Below the pieces are notes generated by a model. The model saw nothing but the letters and a program-made list of their open reading frames with translations. It was not told where the DNA came from and searched no databases. From the IMG/VR virus record IMGVR_UViG_3300022539_000610, positions 32,001-96,000 of that record: DNA of 64,000 nt; one strand, 5' to 3'. The position numbers were made by a program, and so were the translations under genes. Positions 49,412 to 58,326 of the stretch are shown here, in pieces. Every line of letters begins with the position of its first letter. Position 1 is the first letter of the stretch. This DNA comes from a virus.

Positions 49412-49879
49412 TTAATCCTCTGGAAAGTCAATCTTTCTTATAGCTAAAGTGATAGTTGCCCTTTGCCTTCCTGTTGTCCGGTCTTTTGAGCCTTCAGCAA
49501 CTGTCACCGGCCAAACTCCTCGTAACTTTGCCTCCGTAACAGTGTCTCCATCATCATTAACCCCAACCAGGGAACAGTCCTTAACGTTAGCTGTGTAGTC
49601 TATCTGTGCATCCTCCCTCCACTGTCGAAAAAACTGAATGACTTCCTTCTCCCAAAAAACAGAAAGACCAATCGACAAGTCAGCATAGATGTCCCTTCCT
49701 GGATACTTTACTGGAGGTCCACCAGGTCCCCAGACAACTTCAAACCCAGGAGAACTAACCTCTGGCAGTGGAAAGTCATCAAAGGATAAAATTAAACTAT
49801 CCTTATCATCCCTATTAGTTACTGGGATCTCAAGTCTCCACTGTGAAGCTAAACTATATCCTGGAAACGCTATTGGCAT
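49412..49879 (-). CDS. second tube-fold (gp19-like) protein
   Basis: KYPGR, FRQW, GVWP. Confidence 0.7.
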   Translation of the reverse strand: MPIAFPGYSLASQWRLEIPVTNRDDKDSLILSFDDFPLPEVSSPGFEVVWGPGGPPVKYPGRDIYADLSIGLSVFWEKEVIQFFRQWREDAQIDYTANVKDCSLVGVNDDGDTVTEAKLRGVWPVTVAEGSKDRTTGRQRATITLAIRKIDFPED

Positions 49880-49881
49880 TA

Positions 49882-50082
49882 TTAAATAATCCGTGACCTT
49901 GTAAGTTGTCCCACTATAGAATCTACAAGAATTTTAACATCCTTCTTCTCAAGTTTAACTCCACTCTGTATAGCTATCTTAATACCCTCTCTAATAGCGT
50001 CGGAGGTTCTCACATCCTTTACTAAACTTCCTTCAGTCTTTAACAACATATCACCTGCTTTGCTCATCTCACTCTCCATCAT
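49882..50082 (-). CDS. small protein with MSKA leader
   Basis: MSKAGDMLLKTE. Confidence 0.55.
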   Translation of the reverse strand: MMESEMSKAGDMLLKTEGSLVKDVRTSDAIREGIKIAIQSGVKLEKKDVKILVDSIVGQLTRSRII

Positions 50083-50095
50083 TTAGATTAAAATC

Positions 50096-50530
50096 TCAAA
50101 AATCCTTACTTAACCTTACATCTGACTCAAACTTTTTCTTATCAACTTCATCCGAGGCAGTTAACTCTTTAAACCCAAAATCTTTATGTGAATCAATCGA
50201 CTCTTTATTAGTTTTCTCTATATCGACATAAACTTTTTTAAATCCATACTTCTTAGCCAGTGCTTCATAAGCCTTAGCAAGATACCCCTTACCACGAAAT
50301 TCTTTAATTATACTTACTATTAGAAATGGTTCTTCCTTACCATGAATAAACCCAACTATTCCAACATTTTCACCATTGTCAACAACTGTATGAAATGTTC
50401 CTTCCTTCTCCCTAAGAAACATATGTTCATTCCCTCCAATAGAATTAAAAACAGATCTATCAAAAGGCATAAGAGTAATGGACTCAAACAAACTGTGAAT
50501 TAAGGAAATCACTTGTTGAGCATGGTTCAT
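50096..50530 (-). CDS. GNAT acetyltransferase
   Basis: EFRGKGY, N..S...H..FGF. Confidence 0.8.
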   Translation of the reverse strand: MNHAQQVISLIHSLFESITLMPFDRSVFNSIGGNEHMFLREKEGTFHTVVDNGENVGIVGFIHGKEEPFLIVSIIKEFRGKGYLAKAYEALAKKYGFKKVYVDIEKTNKESIDSHKDFGFKELTASDEVDKKKFESDVRLSKDF

Positions 50531-50531
50531 G

Positions 50532-51203
50532 TTAGCTGCTCTCTACTGTCTCCCATAATTCACCCTCTTCCTCAAAATCTACATCATCCGCATCATGCCC
50601 ATAAATCTTTGAAGAAGATGTAATGATAATCTGCCCTGTACTAGAGTCTACCAGAACAGGAACAAACAATCTTGCCACCCAATCAATCTTAAAAGCCGTG
50701 CCCACATCCTTTACATTATAAGCGCCAAAGGAGCCCAGGATTTCGTGAATAACTCTGGACTTAAACTCTATAAGTTGGTAAGTAAAGAGGACAGACCTGA
50801 TCTTATACAAGTTCAAATAGTACAAACCTTCACAAGCTTCAATGGTTGCAGCGTTGTTTGCAATGAGGTGGAAGTTACACTCACACGCTCCAAATCCAAA
50901 AGCTTTAACATCATAGGTGCCAGCAGTCTCATTAATATCTCGTTCAATCAGTTCTCGAAACTCGTCATCTGGCTCTATCATCAATGGGCCTCGATTCCAT
51001 TGAATTAGACACCAATTATCATCTAAGCTGCCTCCCTCTCTAAACCGAGCAACATCTCTCTTAAATCTTTCATCCCCTGGAGCGTCAGTGACAAATTCAA
51101 CTGGAGTTAATACCCTATTCCTGATCCGTACATTTTCAGGCAGATAAGCACTAAAAGCAGATTTAATAGAATCTAAGTAAGGCTCTATTGCAAGGGAAAG
51201 CAT
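50532..51203 (-). CDS. putative tail terminator/completion protein
   Basis: size and position in neck block only. Confidence 0.4.
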   Translation of the reverse strand: MLSLAIEPYLDSIKSAFSAYLPENVRIRNRVLTPVEFVTDAPGDERFKRDVARFREGGSLDDNWCLIQWNRGPLMIEPDDEFRELIERDINETAGTYDVKAFGFGACECNFHLIANNAATIEACEGLYYLNLYKIRSVLFTYQLIEFKSRVIHEILGSFGAYNVKDVGTAFKIDWVARLFVPVLVDSSTGQIIITSSSKIYGHDADDVDFEEEGELWETVESS

Positions 51204-51610
51204 TAGTTATACCCTACCAACTCAAACTGGTGAACTAATTCTAAATGTTGTCCCGTAGTGGTTCTCCTGTTTAAGACTCTCAAGGTAAATTGATTATCAT
51301 TCTCATTTACTACAATCTTAGCGTTCTCCTGCGGTATGTAACCCAAAGAGGCATCGATGGGAGTGAACAACTTGATTTCTCCAGGAGACCAATCGTCTTC
51401 AGCAGCAAATCTCAACTCATTCAACCCTGTTATTAATAACTTACCTGAGTAGTCAGGAGTAGAGCCATAGTCAAAGGCTTGATCTTCCTCCCCATACAAT
51501 GATGAGCTCCCATTGGGAGAATATACTTCACTGTTAACCCCAAAGAGAGTTATGAAGATACCAAGGATCTTCCCATTTGATATTCTAAGGGCTTGTTCAA
51601 TGCTTCGCAC
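51203..51610 (-). CDS. putative head closure protein
   Basis: size, beta-rich pattern and position. Confidence 0.4.
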   Translation of the reverse strand: MRSIEQALRISNGKILGIFITLFGVNSEVYSPNGSSSLYGEEDQAFDYGSTPDYSGKLLITGLNELRFAAEDDWSPGEIKLFTPIDASLGYIPQENAKIVVNENDNQFTLRVLNRRTTTGQHLELVHQFELVGYN

Positions 51611-51613
51611 TAA

Positions 51614-51904
51614 CTACTTCTCCTCGTGGCCATAGGCATCATAACGATCAGCAGGACCTTCTACCTTGTCATCATCATTATTATTGTCACCAGAAGATTT
51701 CTTTCTCTCCCCGGGTGCACCTTTGCCAGTTAAAGGTTTCCCACATTCAGGACATTCTTTTTGATTACAAGGAGCACCCCTCTCGTGTTCCTCTTCGTAA
51801 GAACATTCAGGACAGACACACACATCTGTTCCTCCAGCTCCCAGTCTGGGGCCACCTTGTCCCTGTTGTTCTATTATTCCTAACACCTCTCTTGCTGTTA
51901 CCAT
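51614..51904 (-). CDS. Cys-rich metal-binding protein
   Basis: CVCPEC...H.RG.PC...CPECG. Confidence 0.7.
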   Translation of the reverse strand: MVTAREVLGIIEQQGQGGPRLGAGGTDVCVCPECSYEEEHERGAPCNQKECPECGKPLTGKGAPGERKKSSGDNNNDDDKVEGPADRYDAYGHEEK

Positions 51905-51925
51905 AAAGATCTCCTTTATTTCATA

Positions 51926-52495
51926 TTACTTCAAAAACCCTCGTGCCCTCATCGTCAAGGCCAGCATATACGTATGTTTGCAAGCTCCGGGCAATTTTCT
52001 CGGATTGACCGATGGCCTTGTTGTCGTCTTACGAGCGTAAGGTCGTGGCTTTCTTCCCGCTGCTAAACTCCCGAATTGCCTTAGATACCACTCCGATCTA
52101 TAATGAAAGCTGTCACAAGAACACCACACTGCTGCAGGATGTTTGTCTGCATCAAGTGGTTCCATCCAAACAGTCTTTCCAGGTTGTCCTTTCAATTCTA
52201 CAGCAACAGGGATGGAATGCTTAGGGTCTCTTGTGTCTGCAAAGTCTACTCCATAAAAAATTATAGTCAAATCATATGCCGTACCCTCAGCACCGGTAGA
52301 TCTTGCATCAAACCTCACCCATTTTGTTCCAGCATATGGTCTAACACTACGAATCTTTACATCTCGATCCTGCTTGAGTTCTCCCTTTAAGACCTTCTCA
52401 GTATTATTTAGAATCTGACGCAAAGTAAGCTTTGCTTTCCTTCTAAGCCTTCCTTCTCCTGCTTCCATTAATATTCTCTCCGCTCTTGATGTCAT
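51926..52495 (-). CDS. SWIM-like zinc-finger phage protein
   Basis: CSCDSF...NP...CKH. Confidence 0.7.
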   Translation of the reverse strand: MTSRAERILMEAGEGRLRRKAKLTLRQILNNTEKVLKGELKQDRDVKIRSVRPYAGTKWVRFDARSTGAEGTAYDLTIIFYGVDFADTRDPKHSIPVAVELKGQPGKTVWMEPLDADKHPAAVWCSCDSFHYRSEWYLRQFGSLAAGRKPRPYARKTTTRPSVNPRKLPGACKHTYMLALTMRARGFLK

Positions 52496-52509
52496 TAGAT
52501 CTCCACAAG

Positions 52510-53139
52510 TTACTTAACCAGACCACCGTCAGCAAACACCTCAGCCGACCCCGACATAGTAGGAATAATGTTTTTCCCGATAGTTTCAAATCCTCTTACA
52601 GTCTCACCAAACCGTTTAGCATAACTACTAGCCTGTACCTTACTGAGGAAAAAACTTGTAAAGCCACTCTGTACTGTTCCTGCCCTGTAAAGTTTAATCT
52701 TCGCCTTCTCAAAATCACTCAAGGTCTTAAATTTCCACTTCATAGTTGTAATCAAATCAGCCCATAGATAATTGCGAAGATCCCTAAAATTATTAAACAA
52801 GTAAGCTGCTTCTTCCCTTCCTTCTGGATCTACACCACGAGTCCATTTATCAACTGACTGCGCAAACCCCCCTAATCTATCTGGTTCCTTTGTCAGATAC
52901 CTCCCCTCTAAATCTTCCAAACTCTTCTTAGCTAGTTTAAATGCCTTCTTCACCTCCAATGAAGCTTCCTTATTAGTATCAGTAGCCATTCGGGCCATAC
53001 CACTCACTGCATCCTTAACCCATCGTTCACTTTTTCCTTTATCAAACATATCTGCAATGAAACCAGGAAGCTGCTCTAATGCCCTCTTTTTCTGCTGTGC
53101 TGTGTCTACCGATGAAAGTATTACTCTGGCCCTGGACAT
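52510..53139 (-). CDS. MSRA-leader protein with possible ADP-ribosyltransferase-like C-terminus
   Basis: MSRARVIL; LYRAG..FTSF..AEV. Confidence 0.5.
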   Translation of the reverse strand: MSRARVILSSVDTAQQKKRALEQLPGFIADMFDKGKSERWVKDAVSGMARMATDTNKEASLEVKKAFKLAKKSLEDLEGRYLTKEPDRLGGFAQSVDKWTRGVDPEGREEAAYLFNNFRDLRNYLWADLITTMKWKFKTLSDFEKAKIKLYRAGTVQSGFTSFFLSKVQASSYAKRFGETVRGFETIGKNIIPTMSGSAEVFADGGLVK

Positions 53140-53837
53140 TAAATATTCCCTAAAGCATCCCACCAACGACTTGCTCCACCTTCTTCGAGTTTGGTGATAG
53201 TCTCATTCCAAAGATCGGTTCCTTCAGACACTAACTCAGTGGCATCCATATTGATAGGTAACTCCTCCAAAGTAAACGCTCGACGACTTCTTCCAAGAGC
53301 CTGGAGGAACTTTGCAACCACGAGATCAATAAACAACTTATCCTCTCCAAGGTCAAGAGTGGGGAGAGTAACCTCTTCTACAAGCCCAGGGCTGTCTTCA
53401 ATCACTGTATAGGAGTGTTCATAATGTTCAATGACCTCCATTAGTCCGTTCTCAGTCACGTAGAGAGTGGGCTTATCATAGCGCCATTGAAAGGCACGAG
53501 GGATTTCAAGAAGAGTAAACTCGTCTATCCTCTCCGACACCTCTCGCTGGGCAAACTGATATATACCAACAGCTCCAGCGACTTCAACAGGAGTCACACT
53601 AGAAACCCAATCAGGAATTCCATAAGGAAGTGCTACCGTATATATGTACTTTCTACTACTGACAGTAACGTTTCGAGTCGCAGTAAAAGTTCGGTACTGA
53701 TCGTAGGTCTTGAGAACTCTCTTAGTCATCTTCCAGAACTTATCCGTATCAAGCAAGGTGTTAGATAGATCACCAAGAATAAACTCCCCACTCTCTATCA
53801 TCACCAAATCTATGAGTTCTGTAAGTGTTGTGCTCAT
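53139..53837 (-). CDS. neck/adaptor protein (gp13-like)
   Basis: LGRSR..F, D..ELVSEG; downstream of capsid gene. Confidence 0.6.
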   Translation of the reverse strand: MSTTLTELIDLVMIESGEFILGDLSNTLLDTDKFWKMTKRVLKTYDQYRTFTATRNVTVSSRKYIYTVALPYGIPDWVSSVTPVEVAGAVGIYQFAQREVSERIDEFTLLEIPRAFQWRYDKPTLYVTENGLMEVIEHYEHSYTVIEDSPGLVEEVTLPTLDLGEDKLFIDLVVAKFLQALGRSRRAFTLEELPINMDATELVSEGTDLWNETITKLEEGGASRWWDALGNI

Positions 53838-54277
53838 TTATCAGTAGCACCCTGTAACAACCGCTTGATTAAGGTGTCTCTGTTTCCACTCACTAACAAG
53901 TTATGTTGACGACAAAAGGAGCGAAGTTCAGCTGCTGTTTTTCCATCAAGGTCTTCTTTAGTGAATGATGATACAAACTCCTCAGCAACAGGCTCCTCCC
54001 TCAACTCCTCCTCCACAATCTCCTGACCTGGGATAATAGAAGGTGTAGTCTCCACTTTCTTCGGTTTCTCCGCCTTAGGAGCTACAAACGTCTTCTCCTT
54101 TTTACCTTCCTTCACCGTTAGTTTAAAGGCGACAAGATGTGGGTTAATAGAATTAATTTGCTCTCTTGTAAGTGGTTTAGACTCCTGCCCCCGTTTAAGA
54201 AAAATATCTTCCTGAAGTAGATTGTCTTCCTCTTTAGGTATCCTTATCCTGCCCTTAGTGTTGTTAACAATTATCAT
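53834..54277 (-). CDS. SAP-domain protein
   Basis: KTAAELRSFCRQHNLLVSGNRDTLIKRL. Confidence 0.75.
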   Translation of the reverse strand: MIIVNNTKGRIRIPKEEDNLLQEDIFLKRGQESKPLTREQINSINPHLVAFKLTVKEGKKEKTFVAPKAEKPKKVETTPSIIPGQEIVEEELREEPVAEEFVSSFTKEDLDGKTAAELRSFCRQHNLLVSGNRDTLIKRLLQGATDK

Positions 54278-54374
54278 GACTTCTCTCCTTTAGTTGAAGT
54301 TTACAAAATCCACCTACTTTTAGGTGGCACATATCTTCAAGTACATATTCATTCTAATCCTAACCTTTAAAACC

Positions 54375-54429
54375 TTGTCAGGACAGCAAAACACTGTCTA
54401 ATTTCAATGATCTCCCTTAAACCTATACC
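54375..54429 (+). promoter_or_regulatory. conserved ~55 bp intergenic motif, copy 3 (inverted)
   Basis: AAAACAC-TGTCTAATTTCAAT-GATCTCCC-N7-TATACC. Confidence 0.6.
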
Positions 54430-54448
54430 TTTTGTATAGGCTTAAGGG

Positions 54449-54479
54449 AAAACTAGGGAGAAAGGTAAATCTCTCCCTA
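54449..54479 (-). terminator. intrinsic terminator
   Basis: TAGGGAGA..TCTCCCTA hairpin followed by GTTTT. Confidence 0.75.
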
Positions 54480-54524
54480 TCATCATTTTCTTAGTTGCAG
54501 TTTAGTTTAAGAAACCAACTTAAG

Positions 54525-54923
54525 TTAAGTACTCAAAAGATTAAGCCACCGCTCAGCCCTAAAACCTTCCTTTGAATACTCACCATCAGCATACATACAA
54601 TACCGAAAAATTCTAGGGAGGAGCGTTCTCCTCACTTCTCGAATTCCATAATGATAATAAATTGCCGAACGTTCAAACTCTGTCCTGTTAGCAAGCTTCT
54701 CCGCAACCAATCTGACTTTACTATATCTCTTCATATTCTCAAGTAAAGTGCTTCCCAATCTCACAGCCCATCTCCACTTCGGATCAAACCGGGCTATTTC
54801 TAGTTTCACTTCTATTGAATAAAGCTCCTCGATCATAAATCCAATCGGCCCAAGTCGATCAAGGGGTACTTTCTTATTTGGTCTACATAACAAACTAGGT
54901 AAATACTTTTTTATATTAAACAT
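54525..54923 (-). CDS. hypothetical protein
   Basis: 132 aa, GGAGGAG RBS. Confidence 0.65.
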   Translation of the reverse strand: MFNIKKYLPSLLCRPNKKVPLDRLGPIGFMIEELYSIEVKLEIARFDPKWRWAVRLGSTLLENMKRYSKVRLVAEKLANRTEFERSAIYYHYGIREVRRTLLPRIFRYCMYADGEYSKEGFRAERWLNLLST

Positions 54924-54940
54924 TTTTCTCCTCCCATTTT

Positions 54941-54973
54941 AAAAACTAGGGAGAAAAGTAAATCTCTCCCTAG
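54941..54973 (-). terminator. intrinsic terminator after the major capsid gene
   Basis: CTAGGGAGA..TCTCCCTAG hairpin followed by TTTTT. Confidence 0.8.
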
Positions 54974-54997
54974 TTCGCAATTCTCTCAAAGACTCTA

Positions 54998-57900
54998 TTA
55001 GCTGAAGTTAGTTACAACAATCCTAACTACGAAGTTAGGAACCACAACCTTCTGTGCTGCCCAAACTGCCGCAGCCTTCTGACTCAGGAGCGGGTTAGCT
55101 CCCGTGGGAAGTGCTGAAGTTACAACAAGCGGCATATCATTATCTTCATTAAAGTTCGTCACACTTTAATCGTAGCCAATTATACACTGACTACTGCTGC
55201 ATCTTTTTGTATACATGCAGATGGGACTATCTCACAATCTATGGTATCAGCAACTTTCCATAGATCCTCACCGTTACTTCCTCCATTTAGAGCTTTACAC
55301 TCTTTGACTAGAGGCTTTCTTACATCAGAAATAGTAAACAACTTCTTCTAATGTTTTTAGTCTCTCAACCTTACAACTGTAGCCCTCATTTGCTTGAGGT
55401 TTAGCTACAGGATTTCGGCTCTTGTATTACCCCTACGCAGCCATACGAAGGGGTTCCACAGATTTAGGTAAGTTTTCCATTGAAGATTGCTCTTCAACGC
55501 CGCATATTTCATACGGGGCGTACACTGCTGCAGCCTCGAAGGGGCTCGTGCCCTTGTAGAGACACAGCACGTGGTTGGCAGTAAGCACAGAATTACTAGG
55601 CACTCTCACTACTGTAATACCATCGAGGGTACCATAGATGTGAGGACCAAGGGTGTTGCCATCAGAAATCTTGGTCCACCCAGGCAGCGTACCTATAATA
55701 GAAGCAGCACTTCGACCAGCAATCATTACAGAGATGGTTCCTCGGCCTGCAAGACCTAACATCAGGTTCTCAGCCCGCATTACAGCATCTTTAAATGACT
55801 GTTTATGCTCGAAATAGCTAACACCAGTTCCAGCAGTATTAGTCCAGTTGTAGCTATTAGTGGCTCCCCAAGTTGCATGGGCATTTACCAAGTTATAGAT
55901 CAACGTGTTCATAACCTCAGCATTGATAGCAGAGATCAAATCCGACGCCAACTCATCCTCAGCAATCATCCCAAACCTACGCCGCAGGGCATAGGAGGCC
56001 TCTAAGCCAATGGTTTCCTTCAAAGCATACACACATGCCATGATGGAATCAGACTCAAGATTCATATAAATCTGGGGTATATCAGTAGCAGCTGCCAGGT
56101 CCTGCTGGTAGTCAACATAAATCGTGTTGCCATCACCAGGATCATTTTCCAACTCTACAACCAGGATACCAGTGGCGTAACCAACTGTTCCCTGGATATC
56201 GTAGCCTACCAGAACTCCTGCACCATTGTCTGTGGCGGTATACGTTGTGCCACCGTACGTTACAGTAACCGTGACCGTATAAGGTCGAATTGGCCTCAGT
56301 GCGAGAGGTATTGTATGGGTGTAACTCAGATCACCATACTCTGTGGTCTCGTCAAACGCTACCTGGGTCTGACACGCACTGGCAAACTCCCTCGGGTACG
56401 CTTCTGCATGGGCACGAGGATCAAAGATCTTCTGCCCAGTAGTTACATTACCCTTGGTTGTTTGGGATAAAATGTTTTTGAAGTAGATGGTTCCCCTTTC
56501 CTCTGGGATCGCCTGAATACTAGCGCAAACCCCTATTGGGCTTGTTCCATATGCTACTGATATGACATCGACATTTATCTTCGCTACAGTTCGCTACTCT
56601 GTAACCGTTAAGCCTTTGCTTAACTGCTGCATGTCTCCATGCAAGGTGTGACTATCTCATCACCTCTTCTAATGAAGAGGGCCTACCGCTTCGTTAGAAA
56701 GTGATCGTCACTTCACTCCCTAATCCGTTTTCACGGAACCCGCTTGGGCCTACTCCCTTCCGGGATAGTCGATGAACTTTCCACACTTAGCACATCTAAG
56801 TGAGTATTAGCTGCTGGTTGCCTTAACAAATCCTCAATCCTCGAAGTTACATCAACAAATCGTTCTTTGACAACGAAAATTTGATAATCCAGTAATTTCA
56901 ATTCCTCAAACTTACTTTTCTTACTTGACTTCATGTAGTAACTATGAGTTTCTTTCAACCTATTCAAAACATCCAAATGCGCTTGATAATCAACCTTAGC
57001 AATAAATAAGTTACGTATCCAGTTTACTACTTTTTTAAACCGAACCCTTCCACTTCCTGGATTTTCTATCTGTAATAATGTTGGATTCGGAATCCGAATA
57101 ATGCAAATATTATAGTTTTCCTTAATATACCTATCTCTACTAACATCGTATTTAAACTGACGTTTATCCACAACGTGATGAAATCCATCCACTTCCACGC
57201 CAAGTCGCAAGAAAGGTATATAGAAATCAAGCAAATAAAAACTACGAGGAGTAAACATAACCTTTTGAAGTTGGACTGAGTTACCCTTTCTGAGATTTTT
57301 ACAGATCTTCTCACGCCTATTCCTAACCATTGTCCCTACTCCACGATACTCAAATGGAAAAGATCCAAACTTAGGCTGGGTACGTAAAAGACCTACAAGG
57401 GCATTAACAACATAATCAAATATATCTTCATACTTAGTAGAAACCAACAAATTTTCATAACGAAACTGCGCTATTCTATCTACCCTTCTCCCACCAACCT
57501 TTATATTATCTATCCTAACATTCCTATAGTCACTATCAATTAACTCAAACTTAAACTCATCATCAAATACACCGACGAATGATGACACAAGTAAAGGTAA
57601 AAAGTTCAAGTTAATACTACGAATCCCAACAATCTCAAACTTAACCCTCCTGACTTTCCTTTTAGTATCATTATAAAGACTAAACTTCCAAGAATCAAGA
57701 ACATGAGGGTTCCTTACCTTACTTGGGTTCAAACGAACATTCCCATAACTACTAACCTGAAATCTATCCAAGTACTTTTTATCGCCAGAATAGATATCTG
57801 CATCTATATTAACCCAATATTCCATCTTCAAAACTCCTTTGCTTCATATCCGATAAGGAAAGAGTGAAGCTTTCTTCTCTTACTAACTATCCTTACCTCG

Positions 57901-58227
57901 TATAGTAAAACTAAAGTCTACTATTGGTCTTCCAGCAATTCAATAGGTTTAAACTTAGGATTACTCCTAAGCCGCTCTCGATGCGAAAGCTACATCAGGA
58001 ATCTTACCCAGTTGAGTCAGGGTTCCATCGTCCTCACAGATAGACCTGTAAATTTCAAAGGCCTCCAACTGCTTGCCTAACTGATAGTAGTCATACGGAG
58101 TGATAGATCTCACTTTAGAAAGAGGACTCTTTTCTAAAAGCTCCATCTGCCCTTTATACCGCTTGAGGTAACCATCAGCATCTCGCTCTACGTTCTTTCC
58201 TAGAGCTTCTTCCGTTATGCTAATCAT
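54998..58227 (-). CDS. major capsid protein (gp23-like); exons 58227-57987, 56571-55513, 55137-54998; 479 aa
   Basis: exons join in frame (241+1059+140 = 1440 nt) giving ..PDVAFDVISVAY.. and ..YAPYMPL..; follows protease-scaffold gene. Confidence 0.92.
55138..55512 (-). mobile_element. group I intron 2 of capsid gene, ORF-less, 375 nt
   Basis: P1 with U-G at splice site (CCGT/GCGG), R GTTGAGAGACTA, S GAGATAGTC, terminal G. Confidence 0.9.
56572..57986 (-). mobile_element. group I intron 1 of capsid gene, 1415 nt, with endonuclease ORF
   Basis: P1 GCTTTCG/CGAGAGC with U-G, P10 CATCGA/TCGATG, P AATTGCTGGAA, Q AACCAGCAG, R GTTCATCGACTA, S GAGATAGTC, terminal G. Confidence 0.93.
56731..57831 (-). 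CDS. intron-encoded endonuclease (NUMOD4-like + DUF559/Vsr-like)
   Basis: FQVSSYGNVR; LDFY..VEVDG.HH..D..RD..IIRIPN. Confidence 0.8.
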   Translation of the reverse strand: MKMEYWVNIDADIYSGDKKYLDRFQVSSYGNVRLNPSKVRNPHVLDSWKFSLYNDTKRKVRRVKFEIVGIRSINLNFLPLLVSSFVGVFDDEFKFELIDSDYRNVRIDNIKVGGRRVDRIAQFRYENLLVSTKYEDIFDYVVNALVGLLRTQPKFGSFPFEYRGVGTMVRNRREKICKNLRKGNSVQLQKVMFTPRSFYLLDFYIPFLRLGVEVDGFHHVVDKRQFKYDVSRDRYIKENYNICIIRIPNPTLLQIENPGSGRVRFKKVVNWIRNLFIAKVDYQAHLDVLNRLKETHSYYMKSSKKSKFEELKLLDYQIFVVKERFVDVTSRIEDLLRQPAANTHLDVLSVESSSTIPEGSRPKRVP

Positions 58228-58326
58228 AATTTCCTCCAAAAATAGCATTGTTTACGGTTTACAGCCTGGAGTGCAGACTTCGCTTCTAGCCTAAATGATC
58301 CCACTAAAAATAGGATCGGTAATTCC

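Noticed and set aside
55433-58248. Track ORFs 55433..56152 and 57967..58248 as separate genes
   Set aside because: They are capsid exons read into intron sequence.
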